64,000 nucleotides of DNA from NCBI RefSeq assembly GCF_000143415.4, contig NW_003314327.1, positions 149,116 to 213,115 of the forward strand, read 5' to 3'. The position numbers were made by a program, and so were the translations under genes. The stretch is from Selaginella moellendorffii (lineage: Eukaryota > Plantae > Lycopodiophyta). Positions 13,070-24,805 of the stretch are shown here, one piece after another. Under the pieces are notes generated by a model. The model worked only from the letters and a program-made list of their open reading frames with translations. It did no database searches and was not told the origin of the DNA. The stretch's first letter is position 1. Each line of letters opens with the position of its first letter.

Positions 13070-13263
13070 TGTAAGCTCCTGAGTTTGGACTTCCCGGGAG
13101 GTCACCCAACCCAGTACTATTCACACCCAAGGACGTTTAACCCCAAATATCCCAAAACCCTTAACCGATTGGAAAAAGAAGTGCACTCTTATTCATAGGC
13201 CCTTTCCCTCTATATTTGAACCCCATGGACCGTCTCTCGAGTCGTTCTCTTTGGTTGCTTACA
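13070..13263 (-). mobile_element. Cassandra solo LTR (194 bp), inverted, nested in the Gypsy RT
   Basis: TGTAAGC...GCTTACA termini; perfect TSD CTGAC (13065-13069 and 13264-13268); reverse complement matches the LTRs above, including AATAGTACTGGGTTGGGTGACCTCCCGGGAAGTCC. Confidence 0.93.
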
Positions 13264-14760
13264 CTGACTTCATTGATAATGTCTTGATCTGTTCGGAGGG
13301 GACGTGGGAAGAACATATTTGTGATTTTTGTAAGGTATTGGATTAATTACAGAACATTAGTTTAAAGTTAAAGTGGTCAAAATACGTATTTGGATCCAAG
13401 GACACAACTTATGTTAGATACCATATTTTTCGTGAAGGTTTGCAAGTTGATCATGACAAACTTATGGCTGTTCTAGAGTTTCCTACTCTGAAGTGTGTGA
13501 ATAATGTACAGTGCTTTTTGGGCAAAGTGCAGTATCTCGATTGTTTTGTGAATCATCTTTCTGATCACATTGCACTATTGCAAGCATTGCTAAAGCCCTT
13601 AATGTAATCCTTCATTTAGTCTATGGACTGTGAGTGGGAGTTCATAGATTTCAAAGAGCTATTGACGACTCCTCCGGTTTTGGCATATCCTGACTATACT
13701 CGACTTTTCATTTTGTGCATAGATGCTTTTAATATTAGTCTTGGAAGTGTGCTAATGCAAGAGAGCCCGAGTATGCCTCGTCAGTGCCATCCTATTGTAT
13801 ACATCAACCATATATTACAATTAGTAGAGGTGAACTATTTGATGATAAAGGAGTGTTTAGCAGTAATTTGGGGTTTCAAGAAACTTCATGTATATCTACG
13901 TGGTTCTTGGATGTTACTAGAAGGAAATCATGCTGCCATTACTTCATTATTGAAATGAAAAAACTTGATTAGTCATACTACTTGGTGGGCTTTGAAACTT
14001 TAGATATATGATTTTAATGTTTTTCATCGCTCTTAAAGTTTTATAGTTGATGCTGATGCCCTTTCTCGAGCTCCTCTTTCTTCTTCACTGTCTTCTCATG
14101 TTTTTGATAAGCATGTTATTCCAACATTTGTGGATTTCTAGACAAGGATTTTGTGCCATTGGTGGTAGTTGTACTTGACCTTCAGTGTCCACAAGATGTA
14201 GAGCAAGATTTACCTTTTTCTTGATGAGGTTCACAAGGCTCAAAAAATTGAACCATGGATTTGAAGGCTTCAGGATGGGTTTGAGAATCCTGCATCACTT
14301 GTTGATAACTTGCCATTCCGGCATTTACATTCTCAATATCATCTTGAAAACAGCCTTTTTTATTTTGTGGGGATGGATTCTGATGATCATTTGCGGCTGG
14401 TGGTGCCTTCCATCTTTATTCTATAGTTTCTCCATGCCTATCATGATTCTCCTGTTTTAGGCGAGCATATGGGACATCATCATATGACTAAGACATTGCG
14501 CAGGTCTTTCTATTGGCTAAAGATGTAACATGATGTTATCCAGTAGCTGCGTAGCTGCGTTTGGTGTGAAGCTCATAATACTCCCCCTTGTGCTACAGAA
14601 GAATGGTTAGAGTTGATTACAATTTTTCGTCCGTTTGAGTTAGTGGCATTTGACCTTATGGGACCTTTTCCATGATCAATTGCTAGCAATAAGTATGTTA
14701 TTATTGCTTATGATTATTTTATTTATTGAGTGGAAGTACCTATTTATATTAGCCTTAAAT

Positions 14761-14910
14761 AGTTAAATAAAAATAATATACTAAAAAGTTTTTAGGAAAA
14801 TTTATAAATTATAAATGCAAAATTAATCTAAATGAATGACAACCATTAGATGGTAGAATATCCTAAAAATGCAAATATATTCTGAATATATCCACCACCC
14901 TTATAGATTT
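14761..14910. repeat. Dispersed ~150-bp AT-rich repeat (probable DNA-transposon end), copy A
   Basis: Reverse complement matches 57121-57290 (core ggatattctaccatctaat(g/a)gttgt(c/t)attcatttag). Confidence 0.7.
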
Positions 14911-15708
14911 GCTTGAACACTTCTTTAGCTGCAGCTGTACATTGTGGGATAGAATTTGTGTGCGCTGTAGCGGTGTAATCTCATGAGTTCTTGGAATTGA
15001 ATTTCCCTCCGAAAGTAATTGGGTAAAATCTTAGGGCTCGATGGTTTAAGCTTCAGGTCTTTTTTCTTAACTCCTCGGTTGTTACAAGGATGAACTTAAA
15101 AAGTAGCAAATTGGTGCAAAGGAAGAACTTACTGGGTCTGGAGGATGATTGAGAATCTCAAACTCAAAGCTCGCTGGTCTCGGAGGAAATCGAGACAAGG
15201 CAAATAAACTCTTTTCGAATATGCTAATCAGTTTCAGTTTGAGGATCTCTGACGACGATGGAACATCTGGTATTTCTTGAAAGTTTTGTTCACTTTCCAT
15301 AGTTTTCTCGCCTGCTTCGACGTACTGACAGTCATATTGCTATATATTAACCTTAAACGCCCAGTCCGGCTGGCTGGGATGATACATCGTCTCGTTCTCG
15401 GCTACAGAATAATTTATCAGGTATGCCTTATAGATTTTGCAAAAAACAAAAAGAACAGAAATAAAGAGAGGAAAGAGAAAAGAAAAAGAAATATTCCTTG
15501 CTAGCTGGTTTCTGATTTTCATATTGTTTAATTTTAGAGAAGGCATTTGGCGTTGCCTGCGTCTAAACACTTGGTGAAGCATATAGCCGGCACTTGCCTT
15601 ACCCCAGTTGCTATGCCATGGGCAGCCCGCCGGCTGAAACTCTTCGTAAGCGACAAACTCGAGCCAACTAAATCAATACATGGCACTGACGCTGGGATTT
15701 TAACAGGG

Positions 15709-17976
15709 ATGTTCGACGCACCCATCGAGCTTCTGCTTGTCATACTTCTCTGCTTCTGCCCCTCGTGCAAATGTCTCCTCGACATCGGGTTTCCAGGCAA
15801 TCCTGAGATTGCTGTTGACTCGAACTTCAACTGGACGCTCAACGGGGACCTCCATCCGTTTCTCTGCCAGAATTTATCCAAGCGTGCCTTCGCTGCGGGT
15901 TTTACTAGCAGCAAAACAGGTCTCTTCTACTTGGCGGTGTATTACGTAAAAGCAGGCGGTGAAAATCATACCAGCGCAGTGTGGAAAGCAAACAACGGAA
16001 GGCCGGTGCCTCTCGGTGCAAGTTTGAAGCTCCAAGTCGATGGAAACCTGGTACTCTATAATCCTGACGGCACCGAAAGCTGGTCGACTAAAACGTCTGG
16101 ACTTGGTGTGGCAGGCATGCGGCTGAATCAAACTGGAAACCTTGTTCTTTACAGGGAAGATGACCAGGTTGTGTGGCAAAGCTTTGATCATCCTACGGAT
16201 ACTCTTGTACCTCACCAGCTGATAAAAACGGGGATGAAACTAGTTTCCAGTAGTCCCGGTGGAACAGGTGAAGGATACTTTTCATTCGAAGTACAACCTT
16301 ACGCATTGGTCTTGTCCGCTCAGTCGCCTCTGCAGCGCTATGGAGTGTGGAAGTTCGACCAAGAGATTGGTTTTGTTGGCGTCAACTTTTCGAGCTTCAA
16401 TGTCTACAACAGGAAAATGACAGTTATTCAGTCGGTAGCACTGAGCATAGTCTACAGTGTGAGGAGAATACAGCTCTTCTCTACTGGAGAAGTGGTTGCG
16501 GACATCGACTGGGACATCCTCGATCTGACCAAGTTCTTCAATGGCTGGATTGGCTGGGATCTCTCTTATCCGGGGGTCTGCGGAAGATACAGTATGACCA
16601 GGGAAGGCGAGTGCCATTGCATAGGCTTGAAGTCTGACAAAGGCACGCAAACTTACTTGGAGCCAGTGGATTCTTTGGACGGCACGCTTGGTTGCCGTCT
16701 TTCTCATGAAGGGGACTTAGCTATGGAGTACAGGTTGGTGGCAGGGGATAAGTTCTACGACTACTTGCCGCTCAAGTTCATGCAAGGAGCTATCTTGTCA
16801 CAGGCGGACTGCCTGGAGACGTGCTTGACGAATAGTTCGTGCAAGGCAGTTCTTTTCGAGGACAACAATAGGACGTGCTTTCATCTCACGGAAGTTTACA
16901 CACTCAACGTGACAAGAGCTCCAGCGTTCTCGGCATTTATCAAGGTGAAAACCGGGACGTCTAAGTTGGTAGTACGCAACGCCAACCATAGCAAAACCGG
17001 AGTTCTTATAACGGCAGTCCTAGGGATTGCTGCGCTCACAGTGACAGTCATCGTCTCAGCGGTTGCTTATTGGAAGAACAAGGTTGATTTCTACTTCAAA
17101 AGCCGTCGACAGAGCTCGCAGGCTATAGTCTCTGGTGCTGCACAAGCTCCACGTCCTTTCAACTTGAGGGAGCTGGAAATGGCCACGAGAAACTTCAGCA
17201 AGAGGATTGGCAGTGGAGGATTCGGCACAGTTTTCGAAGGATCTCTGTCGGATGGATCCAGGATTGCTGTCAAGCTCCTTGACGATTCAAACCAAGGCGA
17301 GAAGCAGTTCAAGGCGGAGGTGAGAGCCATTTGCAACATCCATCACAGAAACTTGGTCACCCTGAGAGGCTACTGCTCTCAAAAACCACACCACTTCCTG
17401 GTTTACGACTACGTCCACAATGGCTCGCTCGATAGGTGGCTCTTCGACAGCAGCAAAGCGAAGAGCTTGGATTGGAACCGGAGGTTTTCGATAGTTCAGG
17501 ACATAGCCAGGGGCCTTGCATATCTTCACGAAGAATGCAGCAGCACAGTGCTGCACCTCGACATCAAGCCTCAGAACGTACTCCTGGACGAGAGCTTCAC
17601 GGCAAAGATCTCTGACTTTGGACTGTCCAGGATTCTCGGAGGCGATGGTAGAACAGACAATGCGGTGACTGCGATCAAGGGAACTCCAGGATACATGGCT
17701 CCAGAGTGGCTGACACAAACGAAAGTTACAAAGGCACTGGATGTCTACAGCTTTGGGATCGTGGTTTTGGAGATCATCACAGGCCTCAGTGCCGTGGATG
17801 AGAGGATGAGCAGGAAAAATGTATCAAGCACGCTTGAGGTGGTGATAGATCAAGGCATGGATAGGACCAAGAGAAGCAAAATAGAGAGGTTGATCCAAAT
17901 TGGATTGTGGTGCACGAAAGTGGAGCAAAGCCAAAGACCTTCGATGGTGGAAGTTGTTAAGGTGCTAGAAATCTAA
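15709..17976 (+). CDS. G-type lectin S-domain receptor-like kinase (SD-2 type), intronless, non-RD
   Basis: Signal peptide from ATG 15709; bulb lectin (DGNLVL..VWQSFDHPTDTL); PAN/apple CLETCLTNSSC; TM; kinase IGSGGFG, AVK, HLDIKPQN, DFG, GTPGYMAPE. Confidence 0.93.
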   Translation: MFDAPIELLLVILLCFCPSCKCLLDIGFPGNPEIAVDSNFNWTLNGDLHPFLCQNLSKRAFAAGFTSSKTGLFYLAVYYVKAGGENHTSAVWKANNGRPVPLGASLKLQVDGNLVLYNPDGTESWSTKTSGLGVAGMRLNQTGNLVLYREDDQVVWQSFDHPTDTLVPHQLIKTGMKLVSSSPGGTGEGYFSFEVQPYALVLSAQSPLQRYGVWKFDQEIGFVGVNFSSFNVYNRKMTVIQSVALSIVYSVRRIQLFSTGEVVADIDWDILDLTKFFNGWIGWDLSYPGVCGRYSMTREGECHCIGLKSDKGTQTYLEPVDSLDGTLGCRLSHEGDLAMEYRLVAGDKFYDYLPLKFMQGAILSQADCLETCLTNSSCKAVLFEDNNRTCFHLTEVYTLNVTRAPAFSAFIKVKTGTSKLVVRNANHSKTGVLITAVLGIAALTVTVIVSAVAYWKNKVDFYFKSRRQSSQAIVSGAAQAPRPFNLRELEMATRNFSKRIGSGGFGTVFEGSLSDGSRIAVKLLDDSNQGEKQFKAEVRAICNIHHRNLVTLRGYCSQKPHHFLVYDYVHNGSLDRWLFDSSKAKSLDWNRRFSIVQDIARGLAYLHEECSSTVLHLDIKPQNVLLDESFTAKISDFGLSRILGGDGRTDNAVTAIKGTPGYMAPEWLTQTKVTKALDVYSFGIVVLEIITGLSAVDERMSRKNVSSTLEVVIDQGMDRTKRSKIERLIQIGLWCTKVEQSQRPSMVEVVKVLEI

Positions 17977-18031
17977 TGTAGTTCATTAATTATTATCTAT
18001 GTTAATATTAGTTTAGTTTACATTTGCCCTA

Positions 18032-18892
18032 ATGGAGAGGCTCGTGAAAAAATATGAGCAGCGATACAAGAGAGCCAACGAATGTGTGGCGCGATGGAAT
18101 ACCTCGCAAGGTAAGTTGCTGGGTCTCTTCTCCAATGCGGCGGCTGTGATCCAGCGTTTCCCGGTATGGTTTTAGATTTCTTCCTCTCTCTCGGGGGTTG
18201 ATTTTCTCCATAGCTTCTCCTGTCCAGGGATTGTTTTGAGGAATTGGAAGGGAGGGATGACCTCGTCGGGAAACAAGCCGAGTCGCTGGAGAAAATCTTG
18301 TCCATCATGCGTGAAACACTGTAAGTGATTTGCTCTTGTCTGTGTGTCCGATCGATATTTTTGCTGTTTTTTGTCATTCAAGGCTGGATCTGGAGGATGT
18401 TTGCAAAGATTTTGAGAAGCTGTGGCGAGACGCGGCCAATCTTTTGAAGAACGAGAAGCCCAAGCCTACAAGGCAGCAGGTCCAGCAGCGTTTTGGTTCC
18501 CGGCCCAGTCTAGAAGATTGCGTCAGTGGACTCAAAGACTTGTACGCCATGCACAGAGACGAGTAAGCTCCTCAATTTTCAATTTTTCTTCGGTTTTTTT
18601 TTTTTGGCAAGTTTGCCTGGGTTGCCAAAATACTTGTTTTTTTTTCTTCAGGAAATGTTCTAATCGAGTACTTTGCAGATATGCTCTCAAAGCCGATATT
18701 ATTTCCAGTCTGACTTACGACACAAAGGCAAATGATATTGTTGCAATGCAAACTGTTTTGGCGGATCAGCCCAACCTTCCTCCGGACGAAGGTACTTTCT
18801 TTTTTAAAACACAACAAGAAAAAAAAGAGTGATTGTGAATTGCCACAGTCGAAACAATTTTTAATATGGTATTTGCTGGAGGAGGACGCTAA
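18032..18892 (+). CDS. At5g43822 / C1orf109-like conserved protein, 5 exons
   Basis: Spliced peptide MERLVKKYEQRY..LFSNAAAVIQR / KQAESLEKIL / QQRFGSRPSLEDCVSGLKDLYAMHRDE / YALKADII..LADQPNLPPDE / VETIFNMVFAGGGR*; family recognised from memory. Confidence 0.75.
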
Positions 18893-19553
18893 AGAACAAA
18901 AAGAAAGAGGAACAAATCATATACAAAGGTACCCGTTTGAGCTTAAAAAAATTAGATTCCCGAGACGACGAGTTCTATCTAGGACTGATCAAATCTTTTC
19001 AATAGGGAGGTTCCAGTGATCCACTCGGAAAGGGATGGGAGAACCGATAAATTTAATTCCCCGTATTCACTGGAGGGGGCAGAAGAACAACCAAATATAT
19101 GGGATCGGATTCTTCTTGTAGGGGTACTTTGTGAAGTTACAGCGCACCAAAGCTCATTTGGTTTGATCTCTCTCGAGTAGTAAAAGTTTGGTTAAAGTTC
19201 TCCTCAAACGCAGGAACAAACGGGACGATTTACTTGGATCGAGCTTTTGGAGCTTTGTAAGGAAGAAGAAGAGGAAGATCAGAAGACAGACAGGAAAGGG
19301 ATGGCAGAACAAACATGACTGTGTATCAAATTTGTTTCTTCCTGGCTCTTTGCGCTGTTTTATTGTGGTTGACACTATCCCACATGGTCCTCTTTGAAAT
19401 ACAAGGCACGGGACGAACAAAAATTCTAAAAGAGACAGCAAAGCTATCGTTGAACAGTAGAGAAAAAAAAAATGTGCTGATGAGTCCGTAATATCTCAGA
19501 TAAAAATGAAAAAAAAAAATGAAAAAAAAAGGAACGATGGATCAGAAAAAGGA

Positions 19554-19664
19554 GAGTCAATACCCGAACCATTAGCCTTGCCTGGTCTGGAAAAACGGAA
19601 GTTTCTCGATGGAAATATTCTGGCCAGAGGCGAGGAAGGATCGTCTGTGGTGCGCTCTTGACTC
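19554..19664 (-). promoter_or_regulatory. Paired conserved 3'-UTR motifs of HD-Zip IV mRNAs
   Basis: In mRNA sense: GAGTCAAGAGCGCACCA (19664-19648) and TGGTTCGGGTATTGACTC (19571-19554), partially complementary. Confidence 0.85.
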
Positions 19665-19852
19665 TGTCCTTTTTCTTTCCCGTGATGTTTGCTATCTCTC
19701 CCTGTGAGTTCTCTCCTCCTCTGTTTGTCTTGAAAGCTGCGATCTTCTCCATGCCTGTAATGCCTGTACTAGCTCTTTCTCTGTCCAATCCGAAAGCTAT
19801 ATCGAAACCACTGTCGCTCTTTCTCTGTCCAATCCATGCTCGAGACTGAAAC

Positions 19853-22486
19853 TTAGCAGCAGCCGAGAGCGGTCTTGATGCGTTGCACGGTGCTGGAGAT
19901 GAGGCTGTTGACAGTGGCCACGGACTCCAAGTTTAGCTTGGCGGTGGGGACGTTGCTGACTAGTATCTGGAAAGCCACCGTGAGGAGAGCGCCGCTGCTA
20001 GAAGAAGAGCTTGCCTCTGCTAGATCAGCACCACCGCCACCGCCAGCACCGCCACCCTCTTGCGTTGTACGTTGAGATACTGCTCCATCCGGTGAGATGG
20101 CAAATCCTGACGGTAACAGCGCCACGGTGGCTGGATCCCCTCCTTGCATCACCAGATTCATCGCCGGAATATCTACGGGAGCGTAAACTATGAGCGAACC
20201 GGATGCATCGGTACAGCTCTCCTGCAAGATGAGCATGTTGCTCTGCGACGTATTCAATGCCTGCCGTAGTAAAAAGGAGGCCAAAAAAAAAAGGTTAGTA
20301 GTCGTCCAAAGCTGCTGCTTTTAAAGTGTGTGCTTACACCAACGCGGAGGAGCGAGACGACGCAGCCGGGGTCTTGGCCGGTTGCAACTCGTGCTATCTC
20401 CTGGACTGCACCACCGTTTGAAAGGATATCCCACTAGAAACGTAAATGTCATTTGTAATGAGGGACAAGAAGCTGGGCTTACCTCGCTTCGCAGCCTCTC
20501 GTCCCGGAGGAACTCGAACAGGCGCTGCGAGTTTACCGGCACCCACAGGGACGTCGCAGCGCTGAGAACAATGCCGGGAGGTTCACCTGGATTGTTGACG
20601 CTCTTACGAGTCATTACGCGGATGTCCTCTTCGCCGGCGCCAGAGAGCGTGGTCCATGTGTGTACAATCGAGGCACTAACACCCGCGCAGTAGTTACTCG
20701 TCATGCGCTGGGCGAGGAACAGCATGCTCCGCCGACCATTTGCATTTGGAATGACTGCAACCAAAAGAAAGAAAAAGGAAAAGCAACACTTTAAAGCTTT
20801 AGGTGGCAGGACAAATGCATTCAAACATACCACCCAGATCTCTAGCTGATATGTTGTTGGTTAGCATGATTCCCAGCCTCTCGCACTGACGCTGCAAGAT
20901 GGCGAGCCATCTCTTTGCGCCGAAGGCCGCACCACTGCACATCAGCCCATGATATATGTTTTCAGTTTGGCGGTGATCGGCTTCTATGTGTTGCACTGCC
21001 GTCACCTACAGGAAGACCATACGAATGAAACTGTACAGGCTCGAGAATAGCAAGACGAACCTTTGAGTATCCATTTTGCAAGTCTTCGATGAAGAAACCA
21101 GAAGGACGCATCCTGCACCGCAATTGCGGGGCCGGATTATCCCGAAGGCCGTCGATAGAGACATCAACAATCGCCCACACGCGTTCGGAATGCTGCTTGC
21201 AGTACCTGAGAAAGAAGAACTCCCGTGTAGGAACCAAAGGCGAAAGGATTTGCAATTCTGCATACAACTATCAGGCAGTTTTGCTTGATGTTTCCAGCCT
21301 CGAAAAAACAAAATGTAAAAGTCAAGACTTTCTCACCAGTTGCAGCGCGTTGTTCCAATTGCCGCCGACGCCAGTGGTGAGAACTTGCGTAGTAAAAGCT
21401 CTTGACACTATGTTCGAAAACATGTCGACCCATCTGCCCTGCAGAACCTTGGAATGGTTAAAAAACTGCGAAAAAGACACACTCGGAAGTACTCACAACG
21501 TTCATGATGGTATCAATCAGCCCCGCTGCATTCATCATGACCAGACCAGTCTCTCTTGATGCTTCTGTTTCCATTCCCATCAGCCTTGGCCCCAGACCTC
21601 TTGGAAATTGTCTGAAATACTCCTCCTGACTCAAAACTTCTTTTGTTCCATCCACACTACTCCACAGTGCACCGTCTGTTTCAGCTGCAACCAGCAGCAG
21701 CTCTTCCATCGCAACTATTGCAAGCTCTGCGATAACTGGTTTCTCGGATTCCGTCACGCCGCCCGGTCGACTAGCCACTTCTAGAATGGATGGAACCGCG
21801 ACGGAGTCCGACGTTCCAGTTGCAGTGATATCGAAGGGAAAATCTGGGAGAATGTTCAACGGGATGGCCGATCGAGTTATGTACTTCGCTACCAAAGCCG
21901 ACACTCTATTCAGCTGCATCAAAGACACGAAATTCAGCGTTTCGACCAGGCAGGATAACATTGCTCACCTCATCTCTCAGACGAGCATTTTCAATCCGGA
22001 GCTGCTGCTCGGTGAAAGACATCTCTCCTGGCGTAAGCTGCCCTCCACATTTGGGACAGCTCGCGTCCTTCAGGGCCTCTCGCAATGCGATGTTCTCAGT
22101 TCGCAAGTTCTCATTCTCAGCTCTTAAAATGGAATTGTCTGCCCGTTCGTGATGAGCCTGCAATCATGGATCATCTTCTGAACAAGAAAAAAAGCACCTG
22201 ATGGCAAGGCAAACACCTTCATCTGAGTACGTCGATTCTGAAACCAAAACTTGACCTGGCGTGGTTCAAGTCCGAGCTCTCTGCCGAGTTCTTGCCTTTG
22301 TTTCTCATCGGGATGAGGACACTCCTTAAAGAACCTGTGGGAAAAACCCGTAAATGACGAGAATTCAAGCTCATGTACCCACATCTCCAGCTGCCGTGTT
22401 TGCTGGACGGTGTGACGATGGTATCTTTTCTTAGATGCTTGCAGGTCCGACTGATCTTCGAAATCATCACCAGAAGCACCCTCCAT
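19853..22486 (-). CDS. Class IV HD-Zip (HDG/ML1/ANL2-like) transcription factor
   Basis: Homeodomain [47 protein letters not shown]; ZLZ CPKCGG; START ([23 protein letters not shown]); SAD ([30 protein letters not shown]). About ten exons; start codon uncertain and may lie further upstream. Confidence 0.95.
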
Positions 22487-24805
22487 ATCTCTCTCAGGTT
22501 TGGTTTCATTACTCTTCAGCAATGAGCTTCCTGTTCAGCCTGAATTCCTGGAAGCGCTTTTGAGATGCTCACGCACAGCAATTCTCTTGCATTGCCATGG
22601 AATTCTGCACAAAATCCCGTCAATGACATCTTCAAATGGAGTGCATTCGCCATGAATTGCTACCGACACTGACCAGGCCCCGAAAATTTCTAAAGTTTCT
22701 CTCCCTAGTGCCTTGCATCAGTCTTGTTTCATGGATCTGAAATGGAAGAACCTACAAGAAAAACTATCGATATCAGCTGAGATAGCGCACTAAAATCACT
22801 TACAAGTTTTCTGAAGAGCCTTCAACGAGCCGCATAAACTTGAAGCCAACAAAGTGCTTTAAGACAACGGAACCTTCGGCATCTTCTGGCACAAGAAGTA
22901 GCGAGAGAAACGAAGCTCAAGAATGAATAGGGAGGAGTCCAGTAAGAGCAGCGAAGCATAGCTGGATTCTATGTATGAATATGAAATCGAGGTACAGGGG
23001 CCCATTAAGAAGGAACAGTTGTCCAAGAATACAAAAAAAAACAATGCAAATGAAAAGCTAGAAAAAGGCTTGAGATTCAAGTATAAAATGCCAGGAAAGG
23101 ATAGAATCATGTCATGAGCGGCATGTTTTAAGCGTCTGTGGTCAGCAAAGTGAAACATAATCTTGACTTCCAGAGGTACGATTTGTTAAGCTTACCGGGG
23201 ACTTGCTCCCACCCCTTAATAGAGTCGGTCAGAATATGTACCGCAAGTCTTTTGTTAAACCCGTCTAGACTTTCTCTGCAAGAAAGGTACTGGTGAGGAA
23301 AATGTAAAGAAAAGGCAAAGGAGGCAGAACCTGTTGATAATGTGGTGTTGTGGGCCTCTATCTTGACCTTTGTTTTGCCGCATTAAGCTTTTCTTTCCAC
23401 CTTTCTACCCCCGACTGTTCTGGAACGCTGAAAAAATACCGTCGCCATTTTCTTCCTGCCATTTTGTTGCCTCGCATACAAAAGTCAGTAAAACCATCAG
23501 AGGAAAATGTCGCAAACCTGATCGAAAAATTAGTCTTAGTGTCAATCTTTTGCAGCTTTGACACTGCAAGAGCACGTAGACACTGTTCCCTGCCTGCCCT
23601 GCACAGTCTTTCATCTTGCACTGGTCAATTACACAGATAGGAAGCCTCTACCATCTTTTGAGCAGCTTAAACTACTCGCTCGAGCATAGCGTTTTGGCCT
23701 GTGCAAGACTTCTGGAGTCTGCCCGCGTCCTTTTCAGCCAGTGCAAGCTCAACCGACCCCTCTGACTTTATGTTACGTAAAAAGCCATCTTCTGTTCATA
23801 TCTTTTTGTATCGCCATGTAGAGGAAAGGGATGGCCGATCACGTTGTCTTTGGAGGTGTCCACGCGATCTTGTGAACTTTCAAGCCGGTTAATGGACGTG
23901 TCTAGAAAAAAAGAAGAAAAGGAAAGAGCAAAAAATCATAAGAAAGAGAAGACAAAGAAAAAGAAACCTTTGCTTATCGAAACATTGCCACATTGTTTAG
24001 GCTGTAGCTCGCAAGATTCTTCTAAGCCAACTGGATTGATCGATCCTCGCCACTCAGAATATCATAAGGAGAATTGCATGGACAAACCTGGAAGCCAAGC
24101 CGTTGGCGCCACGAAATCCTCGCGGCAAGCGCCAGCGCCATCGCTCGCGGGTCCCCACGCAGCTCGCGAACAAAAACCCCCTTAGGGCAAGACCAGAAAA
24201 TGGCGCCAAATTTCTAATTCGCTAATTGGTCAGAAAAAGCGAAGAGGGGTTCGATACTCGCTCGCTACCGGACAAACGCGAGATGGAAGAAGATTCTTCC
24301 ATTCCCTTGGCAGATGCATGGTTTTAACGTCCTTTCCTTGCCTTCACAGACTGGGATAGAGGAGCTGTCCCAAAGGAAGATCTCGCGAGAAGACGACTGG
24401 AAAACTTTTCTTTCCGGTGTGGGCATTGGAAATCTCGCGATTCTAGCCATCGAGCGATAGCAGTAGCACAGCGCCTATCCAAAACCACACCAATCATAAC
24501 CCTGGCCAAGCAACGCGAAAGCAAAAACCACCACCACGCAAAAAGACGTAAGTCTTAAGCCGAGTGATGCGTCATTCTGGCCTACCTGAGAGAGCATGTA
24601 CCGCGCGGGCCAGGAAATCGAGGATGTGTGTCCAGACGAGTCTCTTTCCTGGCTTTTATTGCCGGTTTCTAAAAGATCTCACAGAGAAAGATCCAGTCCA
24701 GCTTAGTAAGGAAAAAAAGAAGAAAAAATCCAGAGGAACTTACAACGTCAAAATCAATGTATCTTTGGATCACCGGTGGTTGAAGCGCTCCTCGTCTCAC
24801 TTTGA

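Larger units (their letters stand above)
10196..14745 (+). mobile_element. Decayed Ty3/Gypsy LTR retrotransposon internal region (gag-PR-RT-RH-IN), 3'-truncated
   Basis: Degenerate knuckle GHTYRQC (~11220-11242); RT YRLLNEVTIHDVYPLP..KLDLASGY..FGMTNAP..FIDNVL (12785-13290); RNase H LLTTPPVLAYPDY..ECLAVIWG (13660-13900); integrase zinc-finger/core SFYW..RPFELVAFDLMGPFP (14460-14740) after RH gives Gypsy order. Many stops; no LTRs recognised. Confidence 0.88.

Noticed and set aside
12092-13263. CRISPR-like or satellite array from the three ~195-bp repeats
   Set aside because: TG..CA ends, TSDs and a PBS identify them as LTRs; no repeat-spacer structure, and the DNA is eukaryotic.
10196-14745. 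The host Gypsy element as Cassandra's autonomous partner
   Set aside because: It is only the insertion target; its possible PBS (tggtagctgtcgg, ~10198) differs and no leader sequence is shared.
14925-15330. Possible small spliced gene on the minus strand
   Set aside because: Short ORFs without a recognisable motif or a clear start.
15547-15708. N-terminal extension of the lectin RLK given by the ORF track (likewise 51164-51463 for CYP78A)
   Set aside because: Begins at a non-ATG codon; downstream ATGs give a proper signal peptide or membrane anchor.
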